DNA from: Dictyostelium discoideum
Lineage: Eukaryota
Assembly: GCA_000004695.1 (NCBI GenBank)
Contig: CM000150.2
Location: 1,728,001-1,792,000 of the forward strand
Direction of reading: 5' to 3'
DNA: 64,000 nucleotides
Part shown: positions 27,001-44,395 of the stretch, piece after piece
Position numbering within the stretch: position 1 is the stretch's first letter
Layout: every line of letters begins with the position of its first letter
Translations under genes and position numbers: made by a program
The notes under the pieces: generated by a model
Told to the model about the DNA's origin: nothing
The model's database searches: none
What the model saw: the letters and a program-made list of their open reading frames with translations, nothing else

Positions 27001-27359
27001 TGTAATTGGACAATCCTTTTTAACTTTACAACATGATGATGATAATTTTCCAAATGATTCAGTATAACCAATACCAAAACCAATACCAGTTCCAATACAA
27101 ATTGATGATTTTGCAAAACCAACACTCTTTGCTTTATTTATTTAAAATTTAAAATAAAAATTAGTAAAAAAAAACTTTTCTTTTTTTGAAATCTAATAAT
27201 ATATGTGTGTTGATTGGAATTAAAAAAAAAAAAAAAAAACTTTTTCAACTTACTAAATACAAATAAAACAAATGGTAAAGAGAAACCAATTAATGTCTTT
27301 TTTACAACATTTTCAACACCTCTTTCACGTTGAATTTTTTCTTGATCAATAATTGACAT
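26914..27359 (-). CDS. Mic10/MINOS1-like small mitochondrial inner-membrane protein (MICOS subunit) with poly-Asn tail, 2 exons, about 107 aa
   Basis: Exon 1 is 27359..27254 (ATG, donor GTAAGT) and exon 2 is 27131..26914 (acceptor AG 27133-32, stop TAA 26916..26914). The spliced product is MSIIDQEKIQRERGVENVVKKTLIGFSLPFVLFVFTKSVGFAKSSICIGTGIGFGIGYTESFGKL... This carries the Gly-zipper GxGxGxG transmembrane motif characteristic of Mic10. Confidence 0.5.
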
Positions 27360-27480
27360 TATTTATTTTAAAATTTTTTTTTTTTTTCTTTCTTTAAAAT
27401 TCGTTTAATATATAAATTCATAAAAAAAAAAAAAAAAAAAAATTCTTTTCTAAAACAAAAAAAAAAAAAAAAAAAAATTC

Positions 27481-27518
<38 letters not shown>

Positions 27519-27750
27519 TATTTTTTTTAAATTTTTTTATTAATTATTTAATTTCCTTTTTAATCTTTTTTTATTTTTGTAAATCAAAAAATATCGATTT
27601 GCTAATTATGAGTTTTTACAATTTTCTTCAATTTAGGTTAATCAAAATTGGTGTGTGTTTAGGTTTCAAAAAAAAAAAAAAAAAAAAAATAAAGAAATTA
27701 ACAATTTCTGATTAAATTATTTTTCACATATATTGTTAATATTATTTATA

Positions 27751-27759
27751 TATTGGTTG

Positions 27760-27840
<81 letters not shown>
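27751..27840. repeat. (AAT)30 microsatellite
   Basis: Direct reading. Confidence 0.95.
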
Positions 27841-27842
<2 letters not shown>

Positions 27843-27910
27843 TTTTGTCGAAGAAGTTCCCGCCCCCAGCCCCCGAATAATTTGATTTTATGTTACAATA
27901 TTTTTTTTTT

Positions 27911-28315
27911 TACAACACTTACCTTCACCCAAAGACCACCACATGTTGATGCGTACCCACCCATCCAACCCCATATGCCTGATACCTAAAAATACTGAAT
28001 TTAAAACAATTTATTATTCTGTTTTTGCTTAATATTATTTTATTTTTTTCTTTTTATTTATAATTATATATAATTCTTACCCTATAAAACATAAAATATT
28101 TATAACACCTTAAATAGTTACCCCAATATGCTTGACACCTAAAAATACTGAATTTAAAATAATTAATAATTATTCTGTTTTTGCTTACTATTATTTTATT
28201 TTTTTCTTTTTATTTATAATTATATATATATAATTCTTACCATATAAAATATAAAATATTTATAACTTGAATTAAAGTCCACCAATGGACTACCACACCT
28301 AATACAAATGATTCC

Positions 28316-28397
<82 letters not shown>

Positions 28398-28670
28398 CAC
28401 ATACCTTCACCTAAAGACCACCACATGTTGACGCATACCCACCCATCCAACCCCATATGCTTGACACATAAAAATACTGAATTTAAAATAATTAATTATT
28501 CTGTTTTTGCTTAATATTTTTTTATTTTTTTCTTTTTATTTATTATTTTATATAATTCTTACCCTATAAAACATAAAATATTTAAAACTTACCTTAAAAG
28601 TTCACCAATTGACCACCACACCTAATACAAATGATTCCATTATTTTTTTTTTTTTTTTTTTTTTTTTTTT
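27911..28670. repeat. tandem array of two and a half copies of a roughly 270-bp unit separated by very long poly-T tracts (T75 at 28320-28394; T30 at 28641-28670)
   Basis: A conserved core ACCTTCACC(C/T)AAAGACCACCACATGTTGA(T/C)GC(G/A)TACCCACCCATCCAACCCCATATGC(C/T)TGA(T/C)AC.TAAAAATACTGAATTTAAAA occurs at 27918, 28118 (partial) and 28403. A conserved tail ...CACCTAATACAAATGATTCCATTA occurs at 28294 and 28617. Confidence 0.8.
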
Positions 28671-28760
28671 GAACATACATTTATAGACCATACTTGATAT
28701 TAATTGACCCTAATACTATCACCCTGTTTATTTATTTTTCAAATTTTTGATTACAAAAAT

Positions 28761-29123
28761 TTAAATCAAAATTAACAGAGAGTACTTCAGATCTGGACAA
28801 AATACTAGGTTTGAACCAATTAAATCTTTAAGATTTCCTCTATACTCTTTTTCATCGATTAAGAGAAAACCCATAAAGAATTTAGTATAACAAACACCAA
28901 ATACAAATATATTACTATCATCATTAAATTCGAGTAAACCTGAAATATCTTCAATATTAACTTGACCACTAGTACCATATATTATTTTAACATTTTCATT
29001 CACTATTGGGTCAATTGTATTATACCCTTTTCTTTTAAATTCTGACACCATTTGATTTTTATCTTTCTCATTTTCACATGAAATTAATAATTGAATGATT
29101 TCCTTTTTCTTTTTCTTTCTCAT
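28761..29123 (-). CDS. hypothetical 120-aa ORF adjacent to retroelement debris
   Basis: ORF only; moderately complex sequence and no recognisable motif. Confidence 0.2.
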   Translation of the reverse strand: MRKKKKKEIIQLLISCENEKDKNQMVSEFKRKGYNTIDPIVNENVKIIYGTSGQVNIEDISGLLEFNDDSNIFVFGVCYTKFFMGFLLIDEKEYRGNLKDLIGSNLVFCPDLKYSLLILI

Positions 29124-29206
29124 TTTAATTATTGAATAATTTATAATATTGGTTACATCTTCAATTTCATTTTTTATTAGATTATAAGATTGAAATTTTA
29201 TTTTAA

Positions 29207-31400
<2,194 letters not shown>

Positions 31401-31439
31401 TGATGATGACGACATATTTGAATTGTTTTAAAAAAAATC

Positions 31440-31552
31440 TTTTTTTTTTTTTTTTTTTTTTTTTGAATGGAATAACGCAATTTTTAGTTGCTTCTTCTTG
31501 AGATATATCTCATTTTATTATTAAATATTTTACAGGTGCCTTTTAAGGTTGT

Positions 31553-31594
<42 letters not shown>

Positions 31595-31718
31595 TTGGGG
31601 GTGTAGAGTGTGTTGAGTGATGTAATATATTTATTGAGGTTTGATGGTAATGTTACTGTGAGTTCCAGTATTTGCTAAATCTTTCAAGTTGCAGGGAGAT
31701 GATGTTTTTTTTTGTATT
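31440..31718 (-). mobile_element. 5'-truncated TRE5-type non-LTR retroelement 3' fragment (3' unit plus poly-A on the minus strand) about 48 bp upstream of tRNA-Lys
   Basis: T25 at 31440-31464 is a poly-A tail on the minus strand. It is followed by GAATGGAATAACGCAATTTTTAGTTGCTTCTTCTTGAGATATATCTCATTTT, the same 3' unit that terminates the elements at 45101, 62258 and 62368. The fragment abuts the position 48 bp upstream of the tRNA 5' end (31767), in head-to-head orientation. Confidence 0.5.
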
Positions 31719-31766
31719 TTAATAAAAAAACCTGATGGAGTAAATAAATTTTGATTTCATATCAAT

Positions 31767-31839
31767 GCCCGGCTAGCTCAGTCGGTAGAGCGCCAGACTC
31801 TTAATCTGGTGGTCGGGGGTTCGAGCCCCCCGTTGGGCG
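31767..31839 (+). tRNA. tRNA-Lys (anticodon CUU), 73 nt
   Basis: GCCCGGCTAGCTCAGTCGGTAGAGCGCCAGACTCTTAATCTGGTGGTCGGGGGTTCGAGCCCCCCGTTGGGCG. This has a 7-bp acceptor stem with two G-U pairs, an A box TAGCTCAGTCGG, an anticodon loop CTCTTAA, a B box GGTTCGAGCCC and discriminator G. It is nearly identical to the metazoan tRNA-Lys-CTT consensus. Confidence 0.93.
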
Positions 31840-31863
31840 AAATTTTATTTGTAAGGATATTAA

Positions 31864-31883
31864 AGTCGAGGGATCGACTCCAT
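31864..31883 (+). promoter_or_regulatory. downstream extra B-box-like element for tRNA-Lys
   Basis: GTCGAGGGATCGACTCC lies about 27 bp past the tRNA 3' end and matches the B-box consensus GGTTCGANTCC with one mismatch. Dictyostelium tRNA genes commonly carry an external B box at this distance. Confidence 0.4.
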
Positions 31884-32298
31884 AAAAATCAATGACTATT
31901 CACCTAACTTCCTATGAGACTTTTAATGTATATATTGGTTTAGTCATGATGGTTGAACCTGGTGTACTAAATATTAGGATTGCCTATAATGAATGATATT
32001 GAACTGTTTATGTTAAGATGATGTCACTTGCAGAATTAATCAAAGTTTTATAGTGAAAAGTCAAGTTTATCTGTAAACGTAAACTTTGAATAGAAAATTT
32101 TCTCCCCCGTTCTTAATAGTTCTTCGATCACCAGTACAAAGAGAGTTGGTGATAATAGAGTTTTGGTTCGAAAATAACTAAAACTAAAGATGTTTAAATT
32201 GTAAAAATTGAAAAATAAAGTTGGTTTTGATTCACTCTTTAGAGTATTATTATATAATATTAATTGTATGTTTACTTTATAAAGTTGAATTTTTATTA

Positions 32299-32314
32299 AA
32301 CAAGATTCGAACTT
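32299..32314 (-). promoter_or_regulatory. downstream extra B-box-like element for tRNA-Arg
   Basis: The minus strand reads CAAGTTCGAATCTTG about 35 bp past the tRNA 3' end; GTTCGAATC is a perfect B-box core. Confidence 0.45.
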
Positions 32315-32347
32315 GTGATCTAACTTTCCAATTTTTTAAAAACTGTA

Positions 32348-32421
32348 CGAGACCATCAGGGGTCGAACCTGAGACCTACCGGTTCGTAGCCGGTCGTTAT
32401 ATCCAACTAAACTATAGTCCC
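32348..32421 (-). tRNA. tRNA-Arg (anticodon ACG), 74 nt
   Basis: The minus strand reads GGGACTATAGTTTAGTTGGATATAACGACCGGCTACGAACCGGTAGGTCTCAGGTTCGACCCCTGATGGTCTCG. The acceptor stem pairs with two G-U pairs, the anticodon stem ACCGG/CCGGT has loop CTACGAA, the T-loop is GGTTCGACC and the discriminator is G. Confidence 0.88.
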
Positions 32422-32453
32422 TTTGATATTTCTTGAAAAAATTAGTTTATTAA

Positions 32454-32533
32454 AACCTATTTCTTATCAAGGAGAAGCAAATAATAATTGCGTTATCCAA
32501 TTCAAAAAAAAAAAAAAAAAAACCTATTTCTTC
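32454..32533 (+). mobile_element. extremely 5'-truncated TRE5-type retroelement insertion (35-bp 3' unit plus A19) with a 12-13 bp target-site duplication, 46 bp upstream of tRNA-Arg
   Basis: 32467-32501 TCAAGGAGAAGCAAATAATAATTGCGTTATCCAATTC is the exact reverse complement of the 3' unit GAATTGGATAACGCAATTATTATTTGCTTCTCCTTGA seen at 45101 and 62368. It is followed by A19. Flanking direct repeats are AACCTATTTCTTA (32454-66) and AACCTATTTCTTC (32521-33). The element's truncated 5' end faces the tRNA 5' end (32421). Confidence 0.75.
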
Positions 32534-32553
32534 CAAATTAAAAAAAAAAAAAT

Positions 32554-32646
32554 CTTTTGTTTAAAGAATAATTTCATTGTCCAAAAAAAAAAATTTTTAA
32601 ACAAAAGATTTTTTTTTTTGGACAATGAAATTATTCTTTAAACATT
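32554..32646. repeat. near-perfect palindrome/hairpin of about 90 bp (stem about 30 bp including A/T runs)
   Basis: CTTTTGTTTAAAGAATAATTTCATTGTCCAAAAAAAAAAA is followed by TTTTTAAACAAAAGA and then TTTTTTTTTTTGGACAATGAAATTATTCTTTAAACA. The arm GAATAATTTCATTGTCC is perfectly complementary to GGACAATGAAATTATTC. Confidence 0.8.
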
Positions 32647-33067
32647 TGTCCTAATTTTATTAAGAGTTTTAAGGCCTTAAAAGTGTACACTTTTTAATTT
32701 AAGGATATTATGGTTTTTTTTTTTTTTACAGTATTCTACTTGAATTGATTTAATAAACCAAATAGTAAATAAATAAATTTTAATAACCTAAATTACTATT
32801 AAATTTAAAATTTTATTTAAAATTTAATTTAAAATTTTTAATTTAAATACACCATGGTGACCAAAATTTTCACTTCCGTTAATTAAAAAAAATCTTTTTT
32901 TTTTCATTTTTTTTTTTTTTTTTTCATTTTTTTTTTTTTTTTTTTGAATTTTTTTTTTTTTTAAAAAAAAAAAATAAAAAAAAATTAATAAAAAAAAAAA
33001 AAATAATTTATTGATTGTTGTGGGAAAAAAAAAATAAATAATAAAGGCAACAACAACAACAACTACA

Positions 33068-35956
<2,889 letters not shown>

Positions 35957-35994
35957 AACATATCTTTAAAATATAAAAAAAAAAAAAAAAAAAT

Positions 35995-36043
<49 letters not shown>

Positions 36044-36264
36044 ATCAAAAAAAAAAAAAATAAAAATTAAAAATAAATTAACCAAAAAAACCTTTTGGAA
36101 AAAAAAAAACATAAACTGTTTTACATAACTATAAATAGAATTTTTTTTTTTTTTTTTTTTTTCTTTTCTTTTTTTTTTTTTTTTTAAATTTTTTTTTTGA
36201 ATTTTTTTTTTTTTTCATTATTTTTTTAAAACTACTATGAAAATGAAATTAAAATAAAAAAAAA

Positions 36265-38742
<2,478 letters not shown>

Positions 38743-38761
38743 TTTTAATATTAAAATAAAA

Positions 38762-38797
<36 letters not shown>

Positions 38798-38830
38798 TAT
38801 TATTTGTAAATTTTATATCTCTTTTTTTTT

Positions 38831-40018
38831 TTAACAACCTTTAACACCACCACTAATTGGAACTTCACGACAAATACCAGATTTACATTGATAATTATAA
38901 TCACATGTAATTGGATTACCATCATTTGTTAATGGTATACATCTTGGAATACCATTTACCCAAGATATTAAATTATTTGATTGATCACAATGATCACATG
39001 AATCACCCGTAAAACCTTGAGCACAAATACAATGACTTTTATTTAAATTTGAATCAAATAAAATTTCATTTAAACCTGTATTAACATTAATTCTTGAAAT
39101 TTTACCATTTAATGAATAATAAATGAAATCATTATAATATTTAAAAGAAGTTGGTAAATCTGATAAAATAGTTTTCTTTGGTCCAAATGTATTTGATAAT
39201 GAAATTGAATATAATTTTTTATCAAATTGATTTGAATAATATAAATCACTTGTTGAAACGTCAAATTCTTTAATTGTATATGCTTTACTTTCATTATACA
39301 CCATTGGTAAATCACGAATATATCCACCATTACTTTTTGGACTTAAGCTACCTTTATAAATTACATTTGTACCATCATAAATATATAAATCACTACCGTC
39401 ATCATTACCACTGGTGGTGGCGGTGTTAATGCCATTTGATTTCATTTCAAAACATGGACCATTATATAAAGTTTCACCTAAATCATTATATTTACCAATT
39501 TCACCTTTAAATATTTTATTTGCATATGGCCAACATGTGTATTGAGTATTTGTAGATTGTTTGAAAATGAAATTACCAATTTGATTCCATGTTAATTCAT
39601 TTCCAATTGTATTATTTGTAAAGAATATATTACTTGTTGGACCTGCTATACGTCTTTCAATATCGATAACAATATTTTGTGATTTCGAATCAACCAATTG
39701 TAATAAACCAATAACTTTTGTATATGTTGTTTGACCAAATAATGTATTTTGTGATTTTAAATAATTACCATTTTCATTTACCTGGGGTTGAATTGGTACT
39801 GAAACTACTCTTGGTTCAAATTCATCACTATATTTAATTGTAAATAAAATTCTACCATTCTCTTTATCTATATCAATTCTTTGTCCACCATTCTCTAATA
39901 ATGTTGCATTATTTTTACATAATGTAAATGGTGAATTACCACATGACCCATTTGAATCACAAGATGATGTATATGAAATTATACCAATTAAAATTAGTAA
40001 TAATAATAATAATTTCAT
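38831..40018 (-). CDS. secreted protein with a Cys-containing 300-aa N-terminal domain and a C-terminal laminin-type EGF module (395 aa); paralogue of 40454..41626
   Basis: It has a signal peptide (MKLLLLLLILIGIISYTSSC) and conserved blocks shared with the upstream paralogue (RVVS.P...CWPY.N.....G.IG.YN.LG..LY, HCICAQGFTG.SC..CD......ISWVNGIPRCIPL...GNPITCD.NYQC). It is a single exon. Confidence 0.6.
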   Translation of the reverse strand: MKLLLLLLILIGIISYTSSCDSNGSCGNSPFTLCKNNATLLENGGQRIDIDKENGRILFTIKYSDEFEPRVVSVPIQPQVNENGNYLKSQNTLFGQTTYTKVIGLLQLVDSKSQNIVIDIERRIAGPTSNIFFTNNTIGNELTWNQIGNFIFKQSTNTQYTCWPYANKIFKGEIGKYNDLGETLYNGPCFEMKSNGINTATTSGNDDGSDLYIYDGTNVIYKGSLSPKSNGGYIRDLPMVYNESKAYTIKEFDVSTSDLYYSNQFDKKLYSISLSNTFGPKKTILSDLPTSFKYYNDFIYYSLNGKISRINVNTGLNEILFDSNLNKSHCICAQGFTGDSCDHCDQSNNLISWVNGIPRCIPLTNDGNPITCDYNYQCKSGICREVPISGGVKGC

Positions 40019-40453
40019 TTTTTTTTTTTTTTAAAAAAAATATTATTATTAAAATTAACAAAATACTTTTTTTTTTTTTTTATTCATTTTATAGTTTTTT
40101 TTTTTTTTATTTCTTTTTTCATTTCATTCTTTTTTGTATACATATGAAATTATGTAAAAGTGTGTTGTATAAATTTGGAAAAATAAAATAAAAATAAAAA
40201 TAAAAAAAAAAAAAATAAAAAAAAGAAACACACCAGATTTAAAAATAAATTCCAGATTTAAAAAATTTCTTCAAAAAAAAAAAAAAAAAAAAAAAGTTGT
40301 AATTTTAATATTATTATTATTATTTTATATTTTATATTTTTTTATTTTTATATTTTTTATTGAATAGTTTATTATTATTATTAATTTTTTTATTTTTTAA
40401 AAAAAAAAAAATAAATAAATAATAATTTAAAATAAATATTTTTATTCTCTCTC

Positions 40454-41626
40454 TCAAGTTGAACAACCTTTATTACCACCAGATAAAACAATTTCTTTAC
40501 AAATTTTAACATTATATGGTGAACATTGATAATTAAAATCACAAGTTATTGGATTACCATCAGAAGCTAATGGAATACATCTTGGTATACCATTTACCCA
40601 ACTAATAATATTTTTTGAAGTATCACATTGATTACATGATGAACCAGTGAAACCTTGAGCACAAATACAATGACCAACAGTTGAAGATGAGTCAAATAAA
40701 ATTTGAGGTAAGTTATCACCATTGGTGGAAACTCTTACAATTTTACCACCTTGTTGATAATATAACCAATTATTATGATATTTAAAAAATGTTGGAATGA
40801 AACCAATATCTAATATAACTTTTTTTTGATTTGTTGAAGATATTAAAACTTGATAGATTTTATTATCAGATTTACTAGTGTAAAATATACGATTAGATGA
40901 ATCATCAACATCGAAAATACCCATATTTGAATCTTGGAAAATCATAGGTAAACTTGAGATAACTGCATGTGGACCGTTTAAATTACCATTACGAATTGAA
41001 CCATTACCGTCTTGGATCAATAATGAGCTTTGGTAAGCTCTAATTGCAACTACTACACCAGAATATAATTGGCTACCCAAATTATTGTATTCTCCAATTT
41101 TACCCTTATAAACACCATTGGTGTATGGCCAACAAGTCCATTGTATATTATTAATTTCATCAAATATGAAATTACCTGGTACTGTCCATGTTAATTCATT
41201 ACCAAATGTATTGTTTGAAAAGAAAATATTGGCTGTTGTACCAGCGATTCTTACACTTCTATTGATCACCATTGATTTTGAAATTGGTCCAACATATTGA
41301 ATTAATCCTTGAATGATTTGGTATGTTGATTGACCATATAATGTTGAATGACTAATTACGTCATTTCCATTACTACCATCAACTGGAATTGATACAACAC
41401 GTTTTTCAAATTCATCTGGATATTGAACTGTAAAAAATAATCTACCATGAACTTTATCAATATCAATTCTATTATCATATTGATCAATTACAGTTTTATT
41501 TGTTCTACATCTTGTATATGGAGTATTACCACATTGCCAATCATGTTCACAACTACAATTAATTAATAAAATTTTACATAATATTAAAATTGAAATTAAA
41601 ATTAAATTATTAATTTTCATTTTCAT
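40454..41626 (-). CDS. secreted EGF-module protein (390 aa), tandem paralogue of 38831..40018
   Basis: It has the same architecture and about 45% identity by eye, with a signal peptide MKMKINNLILISILILCKILLINCSC. Both genes lie on the minus strand about 440 bp apart. Confidence 0.6.
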   Translation of the reverse strand: MKMKINNLILISILILCKILLINCSCEHDWQCGNTPYTRCRTNKTVIDQYDNRIDIDKVHGRLFFTVQYPDEFEKRVVSIPVDGSNGNDVISHSTLYGQSTYQIIQGLIQYVGPISKSMVINRSVRIAGTTANIFFSNNTFGNELTWTVPGNFIFDEINNIQWTCWPYTNGVYKGKIGEYNNLGSQLYSGVVVAIRAYQSSLLIQDGNGSIRNGNLNGPHAVISSLPMIFQDSNMGIFDVDDSSNRIFYTSKSDNKIYQVLISSTNQKKVILDIGFIPTFFKYHNNWLYYQQGGKIVRVSTNGDNLPQILFDSSSTVGHCICAQGFTGSSCNQCDTSKNIISWVNGIPRCIPLASDGNPITCDFNYQCSPYNVKICKEIVLSGGNKGCST

Positions 41627-41656
41627 TTTTTTTTTAATTTTTTTTTTTAATTTATA

Positions 41657-41687
<31 letters not shown>

Positions 41688-43284
41688 TTTTTTTTAAATA
41701 AATAAAAAGATTAATAAATATTTTATAAATGAATATTTTAAATTAAATTATGAGAATAAATTTTTTTTTTTTTTTACTCTTTTATAGTTAATTTAAAATA
41801 TTTTTTATATATTATATTTTTTTATTTAAAAAATTAAAAATTTATAAAAAAAAAAAAAATTAATCATTTAAAAAAAATGAATAAATTAACAATAGATTGT
41901 TGTGGGGTTAGTATATTTGTGTCAAAATATAAAAATTAAAATACTCACTAATTGGTGGTTAAAAAAAAAAAAAAAAAAAAAAACCAATTCACCGATTACA
42001 CACTTTTACATTCACATTAATTTTAAAGTTTATGATCTAAAAAAAATTACAATTTATCCAAAAAAAGAAATCATTTTAATTTTATAAATTTTTTTTGTTG
42101 TATATGAATCGCCATCAATTTCTAAAATGTTTTTTACACCATAATAAATTTTATATATTTATTTTATTTATTTATTTATTTTTTAATTTATTTATTTATT
42201 TTTTTTTATTTTTAATAAAAACAATGTTTTTTATCATACAAAATATAAGCTTTTATTATTATCCATTGAGTAAAAAAAAAAAAAAAAAAAAATTTATAAT
42301 AAATATAAAAATAAATAATAATTAAAAAAAAAAAAAAAAAATAATTAAATGGTAATAAAAAATATTTCAATTATTTTTAATTAACACATTCAAATTGAAA
42401 TTATATGAGTTTGTGTTTATAGTCTATGGTTTACTTAAAGTTTTATTTGATTCAACTTCAACTAATGGTAAAAGAATTTGTGATCAATTTTTCACTGGAT
42501 AATCAATAAATCAAAGTGATACTTTAAAAATAATGTAATAAAATTAAAATTAAAATTAAAAAAAAAAATTAAAAAAAGGAAATAAAAACTAATTTTTTTA
42601 TAAAAATAATATTTAATTTAATTTAGAACCCAATAGAATAGAATAGAAAACATTTTGGTATATCAATAGACAAACCAATAATATTTTGATGGTGTGAAAT
42701 ATTGCTCACAAATTCAATTTCCTATTACAATAATTTCAAAATAATCAAATTTTTTTTTTTTTTTTTATTTATTTAAAAAATTAACACCTTTTACCAATGT
42801 AATAAATTTTTTTTTTAAAATAATTTTTATATTGGGTTTTTAATTGATTGTAAATAGAAAAAAAAATAATTAATGATGTGTTTTTTTTTTTTCTATTCAT
42901 TAATTTTATCATTTTTTTATTTTCCCTTTATCTTTATTTTAAAACAACTGAATAATACTTTTTTTTTTTTTTTGTTAAACAATAAAAAAAAAAAAAAAAA
43001 AAGTATTATTAAAATATAACAAAAAAATAAAAAAAGTATTACTCAGTTGCGAACAATAAAAAAAAAAAAAAAAAATTTAATAAAAAACAAATTTCAAACC
43101 AATTTTAAAATAAAAATAATAATTAATAAATAATTAATAAATAATAAATAAATAATAAATAATTAATAAAAAATAAATGAAAAATAAAAATAAATAATAA
43201 AAAAATAAATAAATAAATAAATAATATAATTATTTATTATCTTTTTAATTTTCTTTTAATTTTTTAATTTTTATTTTAATTAAT

Positions 43285-44395
43285 TTAATAAGAATTTTTA
43301 TGAAGATGTGGTGTATTATAATATTGTAAAGCTTCAGCATAATTTGAAGAATGTTTTGAATCAATTACTTCACAAGCTTCTAAATACTTTTCAATATATT
43401 TCTTATGTAATGGAAAAGTATTTTTATTTGTAATAGCTATTTGAAATCCATCATAATAAGTACGTGCTAATGGCATAATTCCAGATGCATATTTTTCGCC
43501 CATTTCAATTAATTCATCAACTTTTTTTAATGATTCTCTAATATCATCCTCTGTACGAATTGGTAATGTAAAAATTAATTCATCCAATTCATGACCTTTT
43601 TGAATTGAATCAATGATTTCTTTATTTTTACAAATACAACTACTATCACAATTAATATCCCATTTTGGTCTAATAACAGATTCTCTAACATCTCTAACCT
43701 CTTTACTTGATGAAAAATCATTATAAAAATAATATTGAATTGAAATCTCTTCACCTTCTTGAATATCTTTAATTGCTACCAATATAAATGAATTTAAATC
43801 TGGTATAAATTTATTTGTTGCATTATTTCTACAATCATGATTAACTCTTGCTAATCTAATACCTAAATTATCACCACCTTCTTTTGTAAAAAATGAATTT
43901 AAATCCCATCTGTTATTTTTCATAAAAAAAAAAATAATAATTAGTAACTTCCAACCCCCCCATATTTTTCACACATAAAAAAAAAAAAGTCAAATTTAAA
44001 ATTAAAAAGCATGGGTGTGGGGAGTGGGAAATTTTTAAAAATATATTTAATTACTTTTCTTGTAATGTGCCACCATGTGGCATTAAAGAATTTATAAATT
44101 CAAATGGTGTTTCTTTAATAGTTCTATAACCTCTATCAACCATAATTTTTGTATGTTTTGGTAATAATCTTTTTGCAAATACACCTAAACCTTTACCTTC
44201 AGTTTCTTTGACTTCCCAATCAATATCTTCTTCACCAATATTATCTTTACACCAAATTTTATGTGATTGTCCTTTACTTGTCCAATCACTAACTTGACAT
44301 TCTCTTGAACAATATGTTCTACGCATACATCCTGCACATTTTTTAATTTCATCTCCTTCAATACTTTTAAGGCAATATGCACAATGTCTTGTCAT
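43285..44395 (-). CDS. SET and MYND domain (SMYD-like) protein, 2 exons, about 321 aa
   Basis: Exon 1 is 44395..44055 (real ATG at MTRHCAYC; the track ORF starts further upstream at a spurious M). The intron is 44054..43910 (GTAATT...AG). Exon 2 is 43909..43285, with junction ...TLQE-K-WDLNS. The MYND zinc finger is CAYCLKSIEGDEIKKCAGCMRRTYCSRECQVSDW. The SET N-lobe is WEVKETEGKGLGVFAKRLLPKHTKIMVDRGY. The SET C-lobe is ARVNHDCRNNA...EGEEISIQYYF. Confidence 0.65.
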
